Below are positions 18,331 to 27,938 of a DNA stretch of 47,508 nt, piece after piece (the first letter of the stretch is position 1; each line of letters begins with the position of its first letter). The notes below the pieces were generated by a model. It saw only the letters and a list, made by a program, of their open reading frames with translations. It searched no databases and had not been told where the DNA came from. This stretch comes from a virus (lineage: Duplodnaviria > Caudoviricetes): the IMG/VR virus record IMGVR_UViG_3300025018_000023, positions 1 through 47,508 of that record; one strand, given 5' to 3'. The translations under genes were made by a program, and so were the position numbers.

Positions 18331-19464
18331 ATGGAGCTAATTGAGCAGCTGCGTGCGATCGCTGAGCGCCTTCAGGAGCAACGCGAGTTCATCAAGACGG
18401 AAGAGGCGACGAAGATGGCCTCGGTGATGCCCGTCATCCAAACGCTGGGCTATAACGTCTTTGATCCGCGCGAGGTGGTGCCTGAGTTCACTGCTGATGT
18501 GGGCACCAAGAAGGGCGAGAAGGTCGACTACGCGATCATGAAGGATGGCAAGCCCGTGATGCTCATCGAGTGCAAGACGCTCGGCAGCAAGCTCACCGTG
18601 GAGAACGCCAGCCAGCTCTTTCGCTACTTCTCGGTCGTCCCCACCGCCAGGCTCGCCATCTTGACCGATGGGCAGCGCTACCAGTTCTACTCCGACATCG
18701 ATGCGCCCAACATCATGGACCATCGCCCTTTCATGGAGCTGGACCTGCTCGCGCTCGATGAGCACGTCGTCCTAGAGCTCGTCAAGCGCCTCACACGTAA
18801 GGACTTCGACATCGAAGGCGTCATCGACGCCGCGAGCAACCTGCGCTACACCCGCGAGATCAAGGCCGTCTTCGCCAAGCAGCTCACCGAGCCCGATGAC
18901 GACTTCATCAAGTACTTCGTCACTCACATCTACAGCGGCAGCGTCACCCAGAAGGTCCGTGAGCGCTTTGCCCCTGTCGTGACGAGCGCGCTTAACCAAT
19001 ACATCCGCGAGCGCATCAGCAACCGCCTCAACGCCGCCCTGGCCCAAGAGGACGAGTCGCAAAGTCCCGCAGCAGCTTCTGTTGTCGAGGAGGCGCCCGA
19101 GGCTGAGGACAACGGCATCGTCACCACCGAGGAGGAGCTCGAGGCCTTTCGCATCATCAAGGCCATCGTGCGCCCCGACGTCTCACTCGACCGCCTGGAG
19201 CTGCGCGACGCCAAGAGCTACTGCAACGTGCTGCTCGACCAAAGCAACCGTAAGCCTCTCGTGCGCCTCTACTTCAACACCGCCAATAAGAGCCTCGGAA
19301 TCTTCTCGATGGAGGGGGATGAGCGCGTCGAGAACAAGGTCAGCATCGAAGGCCTTGATGACGTCTATACGCACGCTGAGGCGATTCGTGCAGGGCTGAG
19401 AAGCTATCTGGGGGATGAGGGCAGCAAGGCCGAAGAAGAGCCTGCGCATCAGGAAGAACAATAA
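18331..19464 (+). CDS. Stand-alone HsdR N-terminal-like PD-(D/E)xK endonuclease
   Basis: TEEATK...LGYNVFDPREVVPEF.AD.G.KKGEKVDYAI...LIECK...QLFRYF...ILTDG. Confidence 0.85.
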   Translation: MELIEQLRAIAERLQEQREFIKTEEATKMASVMPVIQTLGYNVFDPREVVPEFTADVGTKKGEKVDYAIMKDGKPVMLIECKTLGSKLTVENASQLFRYFSVVPTARLAILTDGQRYQFYSDIDAPNIMDHRPFMELDLLALDEHVVLELVKRLTRKDFDIEGVIDAASNLRYTREIKAVFAKQLTEPDDDFIKYFVTHIYSGSVTQKVRERFAPVVTSALNQYIRERISNRLNAALAQEDESQSPAAASVVEEAPEAEDNGIVTTEEELEAFRIIKAIVRPDVSLDRLELRDAKSYCNVLLDQSNRKPLVRLYFNTANKSLGIFSMEGDERVENKVSIEGLDDVYTHAEAIRAGLRSYLGDEGSKAEEEPAHQEEQ

Positions 19465-19487
19465 ACCATCAGGGGGAGTGTCGAGCT

Positions 19488-19652
19488 CTAGCTTTGTTGC
19501 CTGCACGCATGGTGGACGACGTCATCGTCCACGAGCTGGCTCATTAGCTTGAGTTCAACCACACCCCCGCATTCTGGAACCACGTGGCCCGCGTCCTGCC
19601 TGATTACGACCATCGCAAAGACTGGATGGCGCAACATGGCTCGGGGTGGATC
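19488..19652 (+). pseudogene. YgjP/DUF45 (M48-like) metallopeptidase C-terminal remnant
   Basis: Translates as LALLPARMVDDVIVHELAH*LEFNHTPAFWNHVARVLPDYDHRKDWM, with an in-frame TAG at 19545; abuts the IS end. Confidence 0.75.
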
Positions 19653-21239
19653 GGGTGGATTACGGATTAGGGGGTTGGTGTGAGCGTGACACGAGGGTAG
19701 ACAAAAGCGGCATGAGATCAGACACTTAGGGTGCTTAAATCCTAAAACAAAGGTCTGAGTCATGCCGCTTCATCCATTGTGCGAAATCCTGCCCCTGTTG
19801 ACAAGCCTGCAACCGAACTTGCTTACTCCTGGCCCTCATACAGCTGACGCTTTTGCCGCATTCGAGCACATGATCCACGCGCTTTTTCGCCGCCTAGCCG
19901 ACCTCTTCGTTGCGACCTTTTTGCACGTCCTCTTGAGCCAAACTTCCTTCCAAACTCAGGCCGTTGCGGCAAAAAAGAACACGGGTAGTTTCCGAGAGCG
20001 TGGCCACCGCCAAACCCAAGTTCAGCTCCTGGGCGGTGGGGTGACGACGCTCACAGTTCGAGCGCTCAAGAGCAAACCACAGGGACCTCGACGGCGCAAA
20101 GCGAGGCGGGGTAAGGGCCAAGGCTATCAGCTCATGCCTGCTTTGGAGGCGCTTGGCTTGGTCAAAAGATGTTCTCCTGCCACATGGCAAGCGGCTTGGG
20201 GTGAATGTGCGGCGGCTGAATCCTTTGAGGCGGCCCAAGCGGTGCTTAAGCGCAGAGGGCTAGACCTCTCGATCTCGCGCTTGCATCGGCTCTTTGAGGC
20301 GCTTGGCCACCGCGCCTTAAACGCCCGTCAAGAGGCGCTCGACCAAGACCATCTCGAAGTGGCCTCGGTGCAAGGTCGGCGCGTGGTCATCCAAATGGAT
20401 GGAGGGCGTTGCCGTCAGCGCTGCCCCCATCAAGGACGCAAAAAATCAAATGGATACAGGGACTTTGAAGCGCCATGGGTGGAGCCGCGTCAGCTGGTCA
20501 TCTATGTCTTGGATGACCAAGGCAAGCTCGACCGCACGTGGGGAAAAATCGCTGATGCTCAAATCGCAGATGCCCCAGACTTTATCGAGTTTTTAGAGCT
20601 TTATGCGCGCCAACTCAAACTGGAGCAGGCAGATGAAGTGCTCTTAGTGGCTGATGGGCAATATTGGCAGTGGGACAGAATGGAGGCGATGCTTGAGCGC
20701 CTGGGTGTCGAGTCCGAGCGAATCACGCAAGTGCTCGATATAGGGCACGCGCTAGGCCGACTTGCACAGATCAGCCATGTGCCGCAGTGGCACAAATCAC
20801 AGCGCACTCGCTTCTATCACCACGGTAAAAAGCTGCTCAAAGCTGGGCGGATCGAGGAGCTTTATGAGCACTGCATGAGTTTAGCCAAAGGAAGACGGGC
20901 CAAAGAAATCCGAAGCCTGAGCGAATATTTCGTCAAGCACCAAGCTCGGATGCAGTACGCGACCTTTCGGCAGGAGAACAAGCCGTGTGGCTCAGGGATG
21001 GTGGAATCGATGATCAGACAGGTGATCAACATGCGCCTCAAGAGCTGCGGCAAGTTCTGGAAAAAGGAGAACGCGCAGATGATGCTCTGTGCTCGTTCGT
21101 GGCTCAAGACAGGGAGGATGGGGCAACTTTGTCAGCTCATGCGAAGACATGGCTTAGACTGGCTTGAATCCTCTCAACCCCACGATTCATGCGGCGCAGC
21201 GGCGCTGGCCGCTTGAGCCCCCTAAGCCGTAATGCACCC
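19653..21239 (+). mobile_element. Insertion sequence, ISKra4/ISLre2-like
   Basis: 22-bp terminal inverted repeats, 20/22 identical: GGGTGGATTACGGATTAGGGGG (19653-19674) versus reverse complement of 21218-21239. Confidence 0.85.
19762..21216 (+). CDS. DDE transposase (ISKra4/ISLre2-like)
   Basis: MDGGR, VADG..W.W, LDIGHA, Y..FR....PCGSGMVES..RQV...RLK..G.FW. Confidence 0.88.
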   Translation: MPLHPLCEILPLLTSLQPNLLTPGPHTADAFAAFEHMIHALFRRLADLFVATFLHVLLSQTSFQTQAVAAKKNTGSFRERGHRQTQVQLLGGGVTTLTVRALKSKPQGPRRRKARRGKGQGYQLMPALEALGLVKRCSPATWQAAWGECAAAESFEAAQAVLKRRGLDLSISRLHRLFEALGHRALNARQEALDQDHLEVASVQGRRVVIQMDGGRCRQRCPHQGRKKSNGYRDFEAPWVEPRQLVIYVLDDQGKLDRTWGKIADAQIADAPDFIEFLELYARQLKLEQADEVLLVADGQYWQWDRMEAMLERLGVESERITQVLDIGHALGRLAQISHVPQWHKSQRTRFYHHGKKLLKAGRIEELYEHCMSLAKGRRAKEIRSLSEYFVKHQARMQYATFRQENKPCGSGMVESMIRQVINMRLKSCGKFWKKENAQMMLCARSWLKTGRMGQLCQLMRRHGLDWLESSQPHDSCGAAALAA

Positions 21240-21321
21240 CCAACAACTCCCTACCACATATTATACTCACCCTCCCCTTAAAACACTTCCAAATCGAGAC
21301 AGCGCAGCCCTCCCCACATCA

Positions 21322-21990
21322 TCACCGGGTACTCGCCCCCTGAGCCACGTAGCGCACCCCACCGAACTCCCACACGCCTGCCCTGTGCTGGTGCCCAAAG
21401 AGCACATCATCTACCCAAGCCCGGCGCTCTAGCAGCTTGCGCAGCTGCACAGCGTCCTCAAGAAGATGCGCCGGATCATGCCAAAGCGGATGATGGTGCA
21501 GCAGGATGGTCGTAGGCGCTGGTGTCTGAAGCTCGACCTCAAGGAGCATGAGCTGACGTTGGCCAAGCTCGCCGCGCGCCAGCGGAGGCAACCACTCCCC
21601 CTCTTGCCCGGCCTGCGAGTCCAAACCGATGATGCGTCGCCCCGCATGGTGCCAGACGCGCGGCCAGGTGGAGCCCTCCGAGGGCATGCACACCTCGTCA
21701 TGCCAACGCTCATAACGAGCGCGAGCTTGAGCGCTCCACACGATCCCCTGTGGGCCGCAGTCGTGGTTGCCAGGGACCGCGAGGATAGGGATGCCCGCAT
21801 CGCGCAGCGGCCTTAAGAGACGCTTGGCCAGCGCGTACTCATGGGCATAGCCGTTCTCGGTGACATCGCCCGTGATGGCCACGGGGCTGCTGTCGAGGTG
21901 GCTTGTGGCGACGAGCTGCGCGACGATGAGCTTGAGCTTGTTGGCGTACTCGGGCTTGGCCCCGATATGCAGATCCGAGATGTGCCTCAT
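21322..21990 (-). CDS. Calcineurin-like metallophosphoesterase
   Basis: SDLH, TGD, PGNHD, HHHP, FGHQH. Confidence 0.92.
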   Translation of the reverse strand: MRHISDLHIGAKPEYANKLKLIVAQLVATSHLDSSPVAITGDVTENGYAHEYALAKRLLRPLRDAGIPILAVPGNHDCGPQGIVWSAQARARYERWHDEVCMPSEGSTWPRVWHHAGRRIIGLDSQAGQEGEWLPPLARGELGQRQLMLLEVELQTPAPTTILLHHHPLWHDPAHLLEDAVQLRKLLERRAWVDDVLFGHQHRAGVWEFGGVRYVAQGASTR

Positions 21991-22205
21991 AGTGTCCCCT
22001 TGATCATGTCGATGAGTTCGGCCAGCTTCGCGTCCTCGCCGCGCTGGCCCACGATAAGCTCACCTTGGGCGCAGATCAGATAGATCACGGGCTCACCCAA
22101 GATCGTGGCTGCCTGCGAGACGAGCGCTAAGGCGCGTTGGCGCCGATGCACACACTCCTGAGCGCTTGCGTCTTCGGTGGGCAGCGTCGCTTCATCCAAG
22201 CTCAT
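21987..22205 (-). CDS. Hypothetical protein
   Basis: Coupled to both neighbours; GGAGG RBS. Confidence 0.55.
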   Translation of the reverse strand: MSLDEATLPTEDASAQECVHRRQRALALVSQAATILGEPVIYLICAQGELIVGQRGEDAKLAELIDMIKGTL

Positions 22206-22717
22206 AAGTCCTCCTCGGCGCCGCTCCACTCCTCAAGCGTCTCCTCATCGACCTCACGCGCGCCAGGATGCGTGCGATACATCTCTCGCGAAGCCAAGCA
22301 ACGCCTGGCCTCTCGGGCCTGCTCGCCGCCCTTGCTTAGACCTAGCGCCATGTCGCGATACTCCTCACGCGCGACCTGAGCCTTGAGCAGCTCGGCGCGA
22401 AGCCTGGTGATCTCGGCGTCTCGATCGGCCATCGCTGCGCTGACGAGCTCGTCGATGCGCGCTTGCATCTTGTCCTCACGCGCGTGCTTGACTTGAGCCT
22501 CTTTGGCTTCGAGCTGCTCTTGGGTTAAGGAGCGACGCTCCCAGCGGCCTCGGATCGCCGTAAAGAGCTTGTCGGCTTGCGCGACCAACACCACCCCCGC
22601 AGCGCCGACCCAAGTGCGCCAGTCCGCCCACACGCTAGGGTCTTGGGTGGTGGCTTGCCCGATGATGGGGATGGAGAAGAAGACCAACCCTCCTTTGACC
22701 ACTGCGATGTCTATCAT
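22202..22717 (-). CDS. Membrane-anchored coiled-coil protein (lysis module)
   Basis: Hydrophobic N-terminal segments followed by a coiled coil; ATGA-coupled. Confidence 0.55.
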   Translation of the reverse strand: MIDIAVVKGGLVFFSIPIIGQATTQDPSVWADWRTWVGAAGVVLVAQADKLFTAIRGRWERRSLTQEQLEAKEAQVKHAREDKMQARIDELVSAAMADRDAEITRLRAELLKAQVAREEYRDMALGLSKGGEQAREARRCLASREMYRTHPGAREVDEETLEEWSGAEEDL

Positions 22718-23070
22718 CGGCGCCTCCCTTCGTCGTAGAGCGCCAACGCGCCAAAGATCAAAGCAGCCAGCCAACACCCACACGCAAAGCCCTGGCGCGT
22801 GTCCCAAAAGGAGAGGGTGAGCAGGAACGTCGTCATCATCGCCACGCCATAGAAGAGATAGCGCAAGTGATGCCAAGGCAACGCCCAGGCACACAGCGCC
22901 GCCGCGCCGATGCAAGCGCGCACGATGCCCCCTTCTACACCGCTGATCCCCGTGGCCTTAATGAGCGTGGCGTAGGCCACCAAGGTAGGCGGAGGCCACA
23001 TCCACACCCCGATCACGCCAGAGAGCACCAAAGGCAGCGCGCACGGCCAGATGTAAAAGCGTGACATCAC
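22714..23070 (-). CDS. Multi-TM membrane protein, holin candidate
   Basis: About 4 hydrophobic segments, Met-Met start, basic C-terminus, directly after the endolysin. Confidence 0.55.
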   Translation of the reverse strand: MMSRFYIWPCALPLVLSGVIGVWMWPPPTLVAYATLIKATGISGVEGGIVRACIGAAALCAWALPWHHLRYLFYGVAMMTTFLLTLSFWDTRQGFACGCWLAALIFGALALYDEGRRR

Positions 23071-23927
23071 GACTCCTTGGGGCAGACCACATCCCAGTCC
23101 AAGGGCGCAGGGTCGATCTTCTTACGGGTGATGTGGTAGTGCCCGATCCAACCCTTGTGCTGAAGCCAGCCAGGGAAGACCTCGGTGATCGGCATCCCGT
23201 TCTTGTCCCGAGGGCAGACGCGCGGCAGCCCCGCGCCCTCCTCCATCGCCGCCATCAAGGCCTCGAGCGCCTCGATCTGCTCAGGCCAATACGCAAGCAT
23301 CCGCATCTTGCGCCCTTGGACCTCCACCTCAAGCTCAGGCCGAGGCCTCGACGAGCGCTCAAAGGCGCGCAAGGCCGGGCTGTTTAAGTCCACCCCTAAC
23401 GCTACCTTGTTCGTGCGCGAGCCCGCGTGGATGCACACGGAGGTGATGGGGTCGTGGCATTGGTAGAGCGTGCCGTCCTCATCCACCATGAAGTGTGTCG
23501 AGAGCGCTCGCTTCAGCAACACGCGGTGGGTCTGCGCGCTGCTGTTGGTCACGTCATAGTGGATCACCCCGAGGCGCAGGGCCTTCGTGCGCGGCGAGCT
23601 CTTCGTTTCCCCCAACCAGCTATACTCCGAGTCCAAATAGGTGCGCGTCTTCACCCCCGTCATCACCACGCGCGGCCCGATGATCACCCACCCCGCCTCG
23701 CAATCATCGGCCATACATCGCGAGTACTCGCGCGCCGCGATCGCGCGGATCGTGCGAGGTCCGCATTGACCGTCGTCCTTTAACCCCAGCTCGCGCTGTA
23801 AAGCCTGAATGGCAGGCACAAAAAAGGCGCTGTCCACATTGGGTAGCGCCAGGCTTGAGGGGAATCCGCAGGGCGCCAAGATGGGCACCATGCGCAAGTT
23901 GTAGTCGTCTATCATCTGCGCCTCCAA
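23067..23927 (-). CDS. Endolysin: PG-binding domain plus N-acetylmuramoyl-L-alanine amidase (Amidase_2)
   Basis: IQALQRELGLKDDGQCGPRT; VIHYD, LSTHFMVDEDG, HAG, GHYH...KIDP. Confidence 0.9.
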   Translation of the reverse strand: MEAQMIDDYNLRMVPILAPCGFPSSLALPNVDSAFFVPAIQALQRELGLKDDGQCGPRTIRAIAAREYSRCMADDCEAGWVIIGPRVVMTGVKTRTYLDSEYSWLGETKSSPRTKALRLGVIHYDVTNSSAQTHRVLLKRALSTHFMVDEDGTLYQCHDPITSVCIHAGSRTNKVALGVDLNSPALRAFERSSRPRPELEVEVQGRKMRMLAYWPEQIEALEALMAAMEEGAGLPRVCPRDKNGMPITEVFPGWLQHKGWIGHYHITRKKIDPAPLDWDVVCPKES

Positions 23928-23931
23928 AGAT

Positions 23932-24681
23932 TCAGGCTAATGGTCGATAGTCCAGCTGCACGCGACGAATACCGATGGTGGGCAAGGTGCCCGATCCTGT
24001 CAGGCGCACGATGAGCGCGAGGCGTCCTCGGTGATCGTCATCCATCGGCGCAGCTGTCACGGCGCGCGACTCGCTCAGGACCGAGGTCGAGACGTTGGGC
24101 GGGTAGCTGCTGCCCGACCGCACGATCCCACTGCGCCCATTGGAGTAAGGCAGCCAGTCAAGCGTCTGCCCTACAAAATCGCTGTTTGCGCTGCTGGCAA
24201 ACGCTGACCCAAAACCGATTCGGTTGTAGCCGCGCGACCCGCTGCCCTGGCGCCCTAGCTCCGCACTGGTATACGCCGTCGATCCACCGGGTGGGTTAGA
24301 TGGGGATGCAGCGTCAGCGGTGGCATAGTGGTAGAGCGCCAACCCTGCCATCGCATTATCAGCAGGGGAGCCTGTGCTGGTTGTGTTGTCAGCATCCATG
24401 TAAAGCTGGGCCGGACCAGACCACAGAAGCCCCGTCAGCCAAACCAAACCGAACGCCCCCACGCCAGCACCAGCGCTGCGCATCGCCGCCATATTGACCA
24501 CAAGCGCGCCGCTGCTCACGCTGAGCCCAGCCAGCAGCTGAGCCTCTGTAACTCCAGATGATAAGGAGGCATCAAACTCTAGCTCAGGTAAAACTGACAG
24601 ATTATTGTCCCAACCATAGCGGGTGGGTATTGGTGCCGCGCCAGCAGCTCGCCACCGATCTCGAAATCGTGGGCTTTGCAT
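23932..24681 (-). CDS. Putative tail or receptor-binding protein
   Basis: Gly/Ser/Ala-rich; position after the baseplate genes. Confidence 0.5.
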   Translation of the reverse strand: MQSPRFRDRWRAAGAAPIPTRYGWDNNLSVLPELEFDASLSSGVTEAQLLAGLSVSSGALVVNMAAMRSAGAGVGAFGLVWLTGLLWSGPAQLYMDADNTTSTGSPADNAMAGLALYHYATADAASPSNPPGGSTAYTSAELGRQGSGSRGYNRIGFGSAFASSANSDFVGQTLDWLPYSNGRSGIVRSGSSYPPNVSTSVLSESRAVTAAPMDDDHRGRLALIVRLTGSGTLPTIGIRRVQLDYRPLA

Positions 24682-25106
24682 CAGGGCTCCTCATGGTAAG
24701 GGAAGACCTTGAGCGTGAACGCTCCAGCTCCGCTGATGTCTGCGCCTTGGATGCTCGCCGCGATGCGGCCAAATCCCTCCACATCCAGCGGGGAGAGCAC
24801 CCCCGTCAGGCCATTAACCTCCACCTCATCCAAGAACACCCACTCCTCGCCATCCCACAGATGGAGCGTGAAGGTCGTGGCCCCCTCCACCGTGTTCTTC
24901 CACACGAGGTTGACGGTCTTAAAGCCTTCGATGTGCGCCCCGTCTGTGGACAGCGCAGGAGCGGCGACATCGACGGTCACAGCATCGATCAGCTTGGCAG
25001 GCACTTGAGAAGCTGGCGATGACAAGATGACGGCCACCGCCGCCTGATCCTCTTGGCGGGTCCAGCGCACCGCAGAGACAAACTTATCCCACAGCGTCGT
25101 GAGCAT
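24681..25106 (-). CDS. Putative virion structural protein
   Basis: GGAGG RBS; beta-rich; tail module. Confidence 0.55.
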   Translation of the reverse strand: MLTTLWDKFVSAVRWTRQEDQAAVAVILSSPASQVPAKLIDAVTVDVAAPALSTDGAHIEGFKTVNLVWKNTVEGATTFTLHLWDGEEWVFLDEVEVNGLTGVLSPLDVEGFGRIAASIQGADISGAGAFTLKVFPYHEEP

Positions 25107-25133
25107 AGGGGTCCTCCTGGTTGTAGATTGAGC

Positions 25134-25787
25134 TTATTCAGCGCGCACTTTGGCCGCGCCAACAGAAGACGGCGAGAGCGTGGTCGCGGTGGTGCTCGTC
25201 AGGGCCGCGCCAGCAAGCACACCACCATGCACATGAGCTGCGAAGGCCGTTTCAAGCTCCTCAAACCGCGCCTCCACGTCTTCAGCTAGCGCGACCTTCT
25301 TGGTCGCCGCCTCGCTTCCAAGCCTCACATCGGGCGCGCTGACAATGATCCTCGCGCCAGGCCCCGTCGCCTCAATGAGCACAGTGCCGTCAGGCTGGGG
25401 TTGAATCGTCACCAGGTCCTCACCGACCCTCAAGCGCACGCTCTTGAGCCCGCCGAGCTCGACGTGCCCAGCGTGGCGCGCCAAGTCCGCGCGCAGCCAC
25501 GCGGTGAGCTCAGGCGCACGATCCCAGAGCACCCCAAACCAAGCTGGCCGCGCAGGCAACCCATCTCGCCCCATCGTCGCCAGCCGAGCGCCCACAGGAG
25601 GCACCACATCTAGCAGCGGTGGCAAGATCGCCAGCGCGCGATCAAGCGCGCCATCTTGTAACCACTCAGGCACGAGCTGCACGCGGCGCATCGCGTCGCC
25701 GGCAGCGCTCACCGTCGCCGCATAGAAGCCAGGTCGACGCTCACGCAGCTCGCGGCGCAGGTCTTCGATCGCATCCCAAAGGCCCAT
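25134..25787 (-). CDS. Baseplate spike (gpV/gp45-like)
   Basis: OB-fold-like N-terminus (PPVGARL...PAWFG); C-terminal HVH metal-binding apex motif. Confidence 0.75.
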   Translation of the reverse strand: MGLWDAIEDLRRELRERRPGFYAATVSAAGDAMRRVQLVPEWLQDGALDRALAILPPLLDVVPPVGARLATMGRDGLPARPAWFGVLWDRAPELTAWLRADLARHAGHVELGGLKSVRLRVGEDLVTIQPQPDGTVLIEATGPGARIIVSAPDVRLGSEAATKKVALAEDVEARFEELETAFAAHVHGGVLAGAALTSTTATTLSPSSVGAAKVRAE

Positions 25788-25795
25788 GACACACC

Positions 25796-26335
25796 CTAAG
25801 CAAAGTCGGATAAGAGGTTATCGTCCAGATCGACGATGCGATATTGGCAGTAGGCTGGGACCACGAGCGCGAGCAGCTGGCGCAGCTCGGCGGGCGCGAT
25901 CGATCCTGCGACGATGGCGATCTCATAGCGCCAAGCAGTATCAGCCCCTGGGCCAACGACCTCGGGCGCGCCGACCTTGGTGATCCCCACGATAAAGGCG
26001 CCTGGCTGCAACACCCTGACCTGCGCGCTCACCCCGCCGAGCGCTTGAGCCCATCGCTCGATCTCGTCACGCCGCCCTTTCCCAAACCATCCTTGGATCG
26101 CCGCAGCGATCAAGGCGCGTTGGGCCGTTGTGCTCAGCTGCTCAAGCGGAGGTAAGCCCACCACCTCCCCAAGCCAAGGCAGCCAGGCCGCCGGTGCGAG
26201 CGAGGGGTCCATATAGTAAAACGCGGCGCCAACTCGCGCGCGCCAGTCTTCAAGAGGCTGCGCGATGGCCTGGACGAGCTTAAGCGCTAAACCTTGACGC
26301 AACCAAGGAGGCACGAGGCGCAGAAAGTAAGACAT
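25796..26335 (-). CDS. Baseplate wedge protein (P2 gpI-like)
   Basis: DPSLAPAAWLPWLG...QRALI...KG; C-terminal PAY. Confidence 0.82.
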   Translation of the reverse strand: MSYFLRLVPPWLRQGLALKLVQAIAQPLEDWRARVGAAFYYMDPSLAPAAWLPWLGEVVGLPPLEQLSTTAQRALIAAAIQGWFGKGRRDEIERWAQALGGVSAQVRVLQPGAFIVGITKVGAPEVVGPGADTAWRYEIAIVAGSIAPAELRQLLALVVPAYCQYRIVDLDDNLLSDFA

Positions 26336-26361
26336 GATCGACCTCTCAGGCAGTAACACGC

Positions 26362-27552
26362 TCAGAGCGCGACTAGGCTCAACGCGCCAGGAGTGCCATA
26401 GCCCTCGCCCCAATGAAGCAAGCCAAACGCATCGGTCAGCTCTCCAGCCACACCAGGGGCGACCACAACCAGCGCCGCCGCAGCGCTCCACGCCGCGCCG
26501 TAGTCATCGCTGATGCGCACCAAGATGGAGCCCACACGTCGAACCCCCTCCACGCGAGCCAACAAGACCACCAGGTCATTCTCATAGAGGCTCGCGCCCC
26601 ACTCCCATGACGCAGCGTCCAGATAGCCAGCCAAAGCCGCTTCAACTTGAGGCTTAATCCCCGCCAAGGTGTATCCAGCATCAATGGCGAGCTCGACCTC
26701 GGAGACCCAGATCAGCCGAACCGGATGCTGATAGGCCCGCACCACCAAGCCTGGCGGCGCACGTTGGAGCAGCTCCTCTTGCACGGTGGTCATCAAGCCT
26801 GAAGAGGGCGTCTCATTGAGATCCGTAGCCAAGCACCCCACGACGACCGCACCAGCCCCCATCTCTAGCTCTAGGATGTCATTGAGATAGAGCGCACCCA
26901 AGAGCTTTGCCCGCGTGATTCCATCGACGCGCGATGCGAGCTCGGCGCCATCTTCGAGCGTCACGAAGCGATCCCCAAGGTTCCGAATCGCTGCAGGAGC
27001 CCGCGCCAGCGCCGCGTCTACGGTCTCGGCGTCTTGCCCACCAAAGGCAGCGGCGAGGTTCGTCACAGCGCCGATCCCTGCGATCGGCTGGGTCAGATAA
27101 GCAAGCGCCCCAGCAGCCACGTTGCCTGCTGCGCCAGCGCTCACAGCCGTCGCGTTCACGGTCGCGCTGCCCCCTGCAGCTGGGACAACGATAGTCGCGT
27201 CCGTAGCGAACTCTTGCGCGGCGATCCCAAACCCCGAGCGCACGAGCGTCCCCGCAGGGACCGAGATCGGCGAGAGGGTCCCATCAGCGCTCGTGATGGT
27301 GAGCTCGACCGAAGCAGGAGTTGAGGGCTCAGGCTCAATCCCCACAAGGTTGAGCAGCGCGATCCACATGACACGAGGGAGCTGGTTCATCTTGTAGAGC
27401 AGGAGGCCATAGAACGCGCCGCACGCCTCAATGAGCTTGACCACTAGGCTGGAGGGGTTTCGATCCGAGAGCTCAGGCGGCAGCGCGTCGATCACATCAG
27501 CGACGACCTGCTCCTCATCGCGACTATCAAGCTGAGGATAGGGGATCGGCAT
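26362..27552 (-). CDS. Baseplate J/gp47-like protein
   Basis: LDSRD, DRNPSS, VPAGT, GAAGNV, VTN..AA.GG.D.ET, RFVTLED. Confidence 0.92.
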   Translation of the reverse strand: MPIPYPQLDSRDEEQVVADVIDALPPELSDRNPSSLVVKLIEACGAFYGLLLYKMNQLPRVMWIALLNLVGIEPEPSTPASVELTITSADGTLSPISVPAGTLVRSGFGIAAQEFATDATIVVPAAGGSATVNATAVSAGAAGNVAAGALAYLTQPIAGIGAVTNLAAAFGGQDAETVDAALARAPAAIRNLGDRFVTLEDGAELASRVDGITRAKLLGALYLNDILELEMGAGAVVVGCLATDLNETPSSGLMTTVQEELLQRAPPGLVVRAYQHPVRLIWVSEVELAIDAGYTLAGIKPQVEAALAGYLDAASWEWGASLYENDLVVLLARVEGVRRVGSILVRISDDYGAAWSAAAALVVVAPGVAGELTDAFGLLHWGEGYGTPGALSLVAL

Positions 27553-27554
27553 GG

Positions 27555-27938
27555 TTACACCTTGCGGTAGAAGGGGAAGATGCGGTTGAGCTCACGCTGC
27601 TCACCGATGGGCACGATGAGCACGCGCAGCCACAGCGTTGAGGTCGCCGGATCATCTCGCACGATCTCCACGGTGATGTCTTGAGCTCTAGGCTCACTGC
27701 GCTCAACCGCCCGACCCACAGCCCAAGCGATATCTTCAGAGTTTGCGATAGGGTCGTAGGCCTGGAGCGGCAACCCATAGAGCGGATCAAGCGCGCAGAC
27801 CCCTTGAGGACATGACAAGATCGCCTCGACGCTCTCCCACAAGCGTGCCTCTCCCTGACTTTGAGCGAGGCGCCCCGCTCCATCTTCGCTCAGAGGAAAC
27901 GCGAGGCCCGCGCCAAAGAGCTCCAGCTCGCTGCTCAT
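27555..27938 (-). CDS. Baseplate gp25/gpW-like protein
   Basis: GLAFP...SVEAIL...G...P.YG...EPR...FPFY. Confidence 0.88.
   Translation of the reverse strand: MSSELELFGAGLAFPLSEDGAGRLAQSQGEARLWESVEAILSCPQGVCALDPLYGLPLQAYDPIANSEDIAWAVGRAVERSEPRAQDITVEIVRDDPATSTLWLRVLIVPIGEQRELNRIFPFYRKV

Noticed and set aside
21426-21434. 9-nt match to the 5' end of spacer 2
   Set aside because: No AAG-type PAM, and the length is within chance expectation
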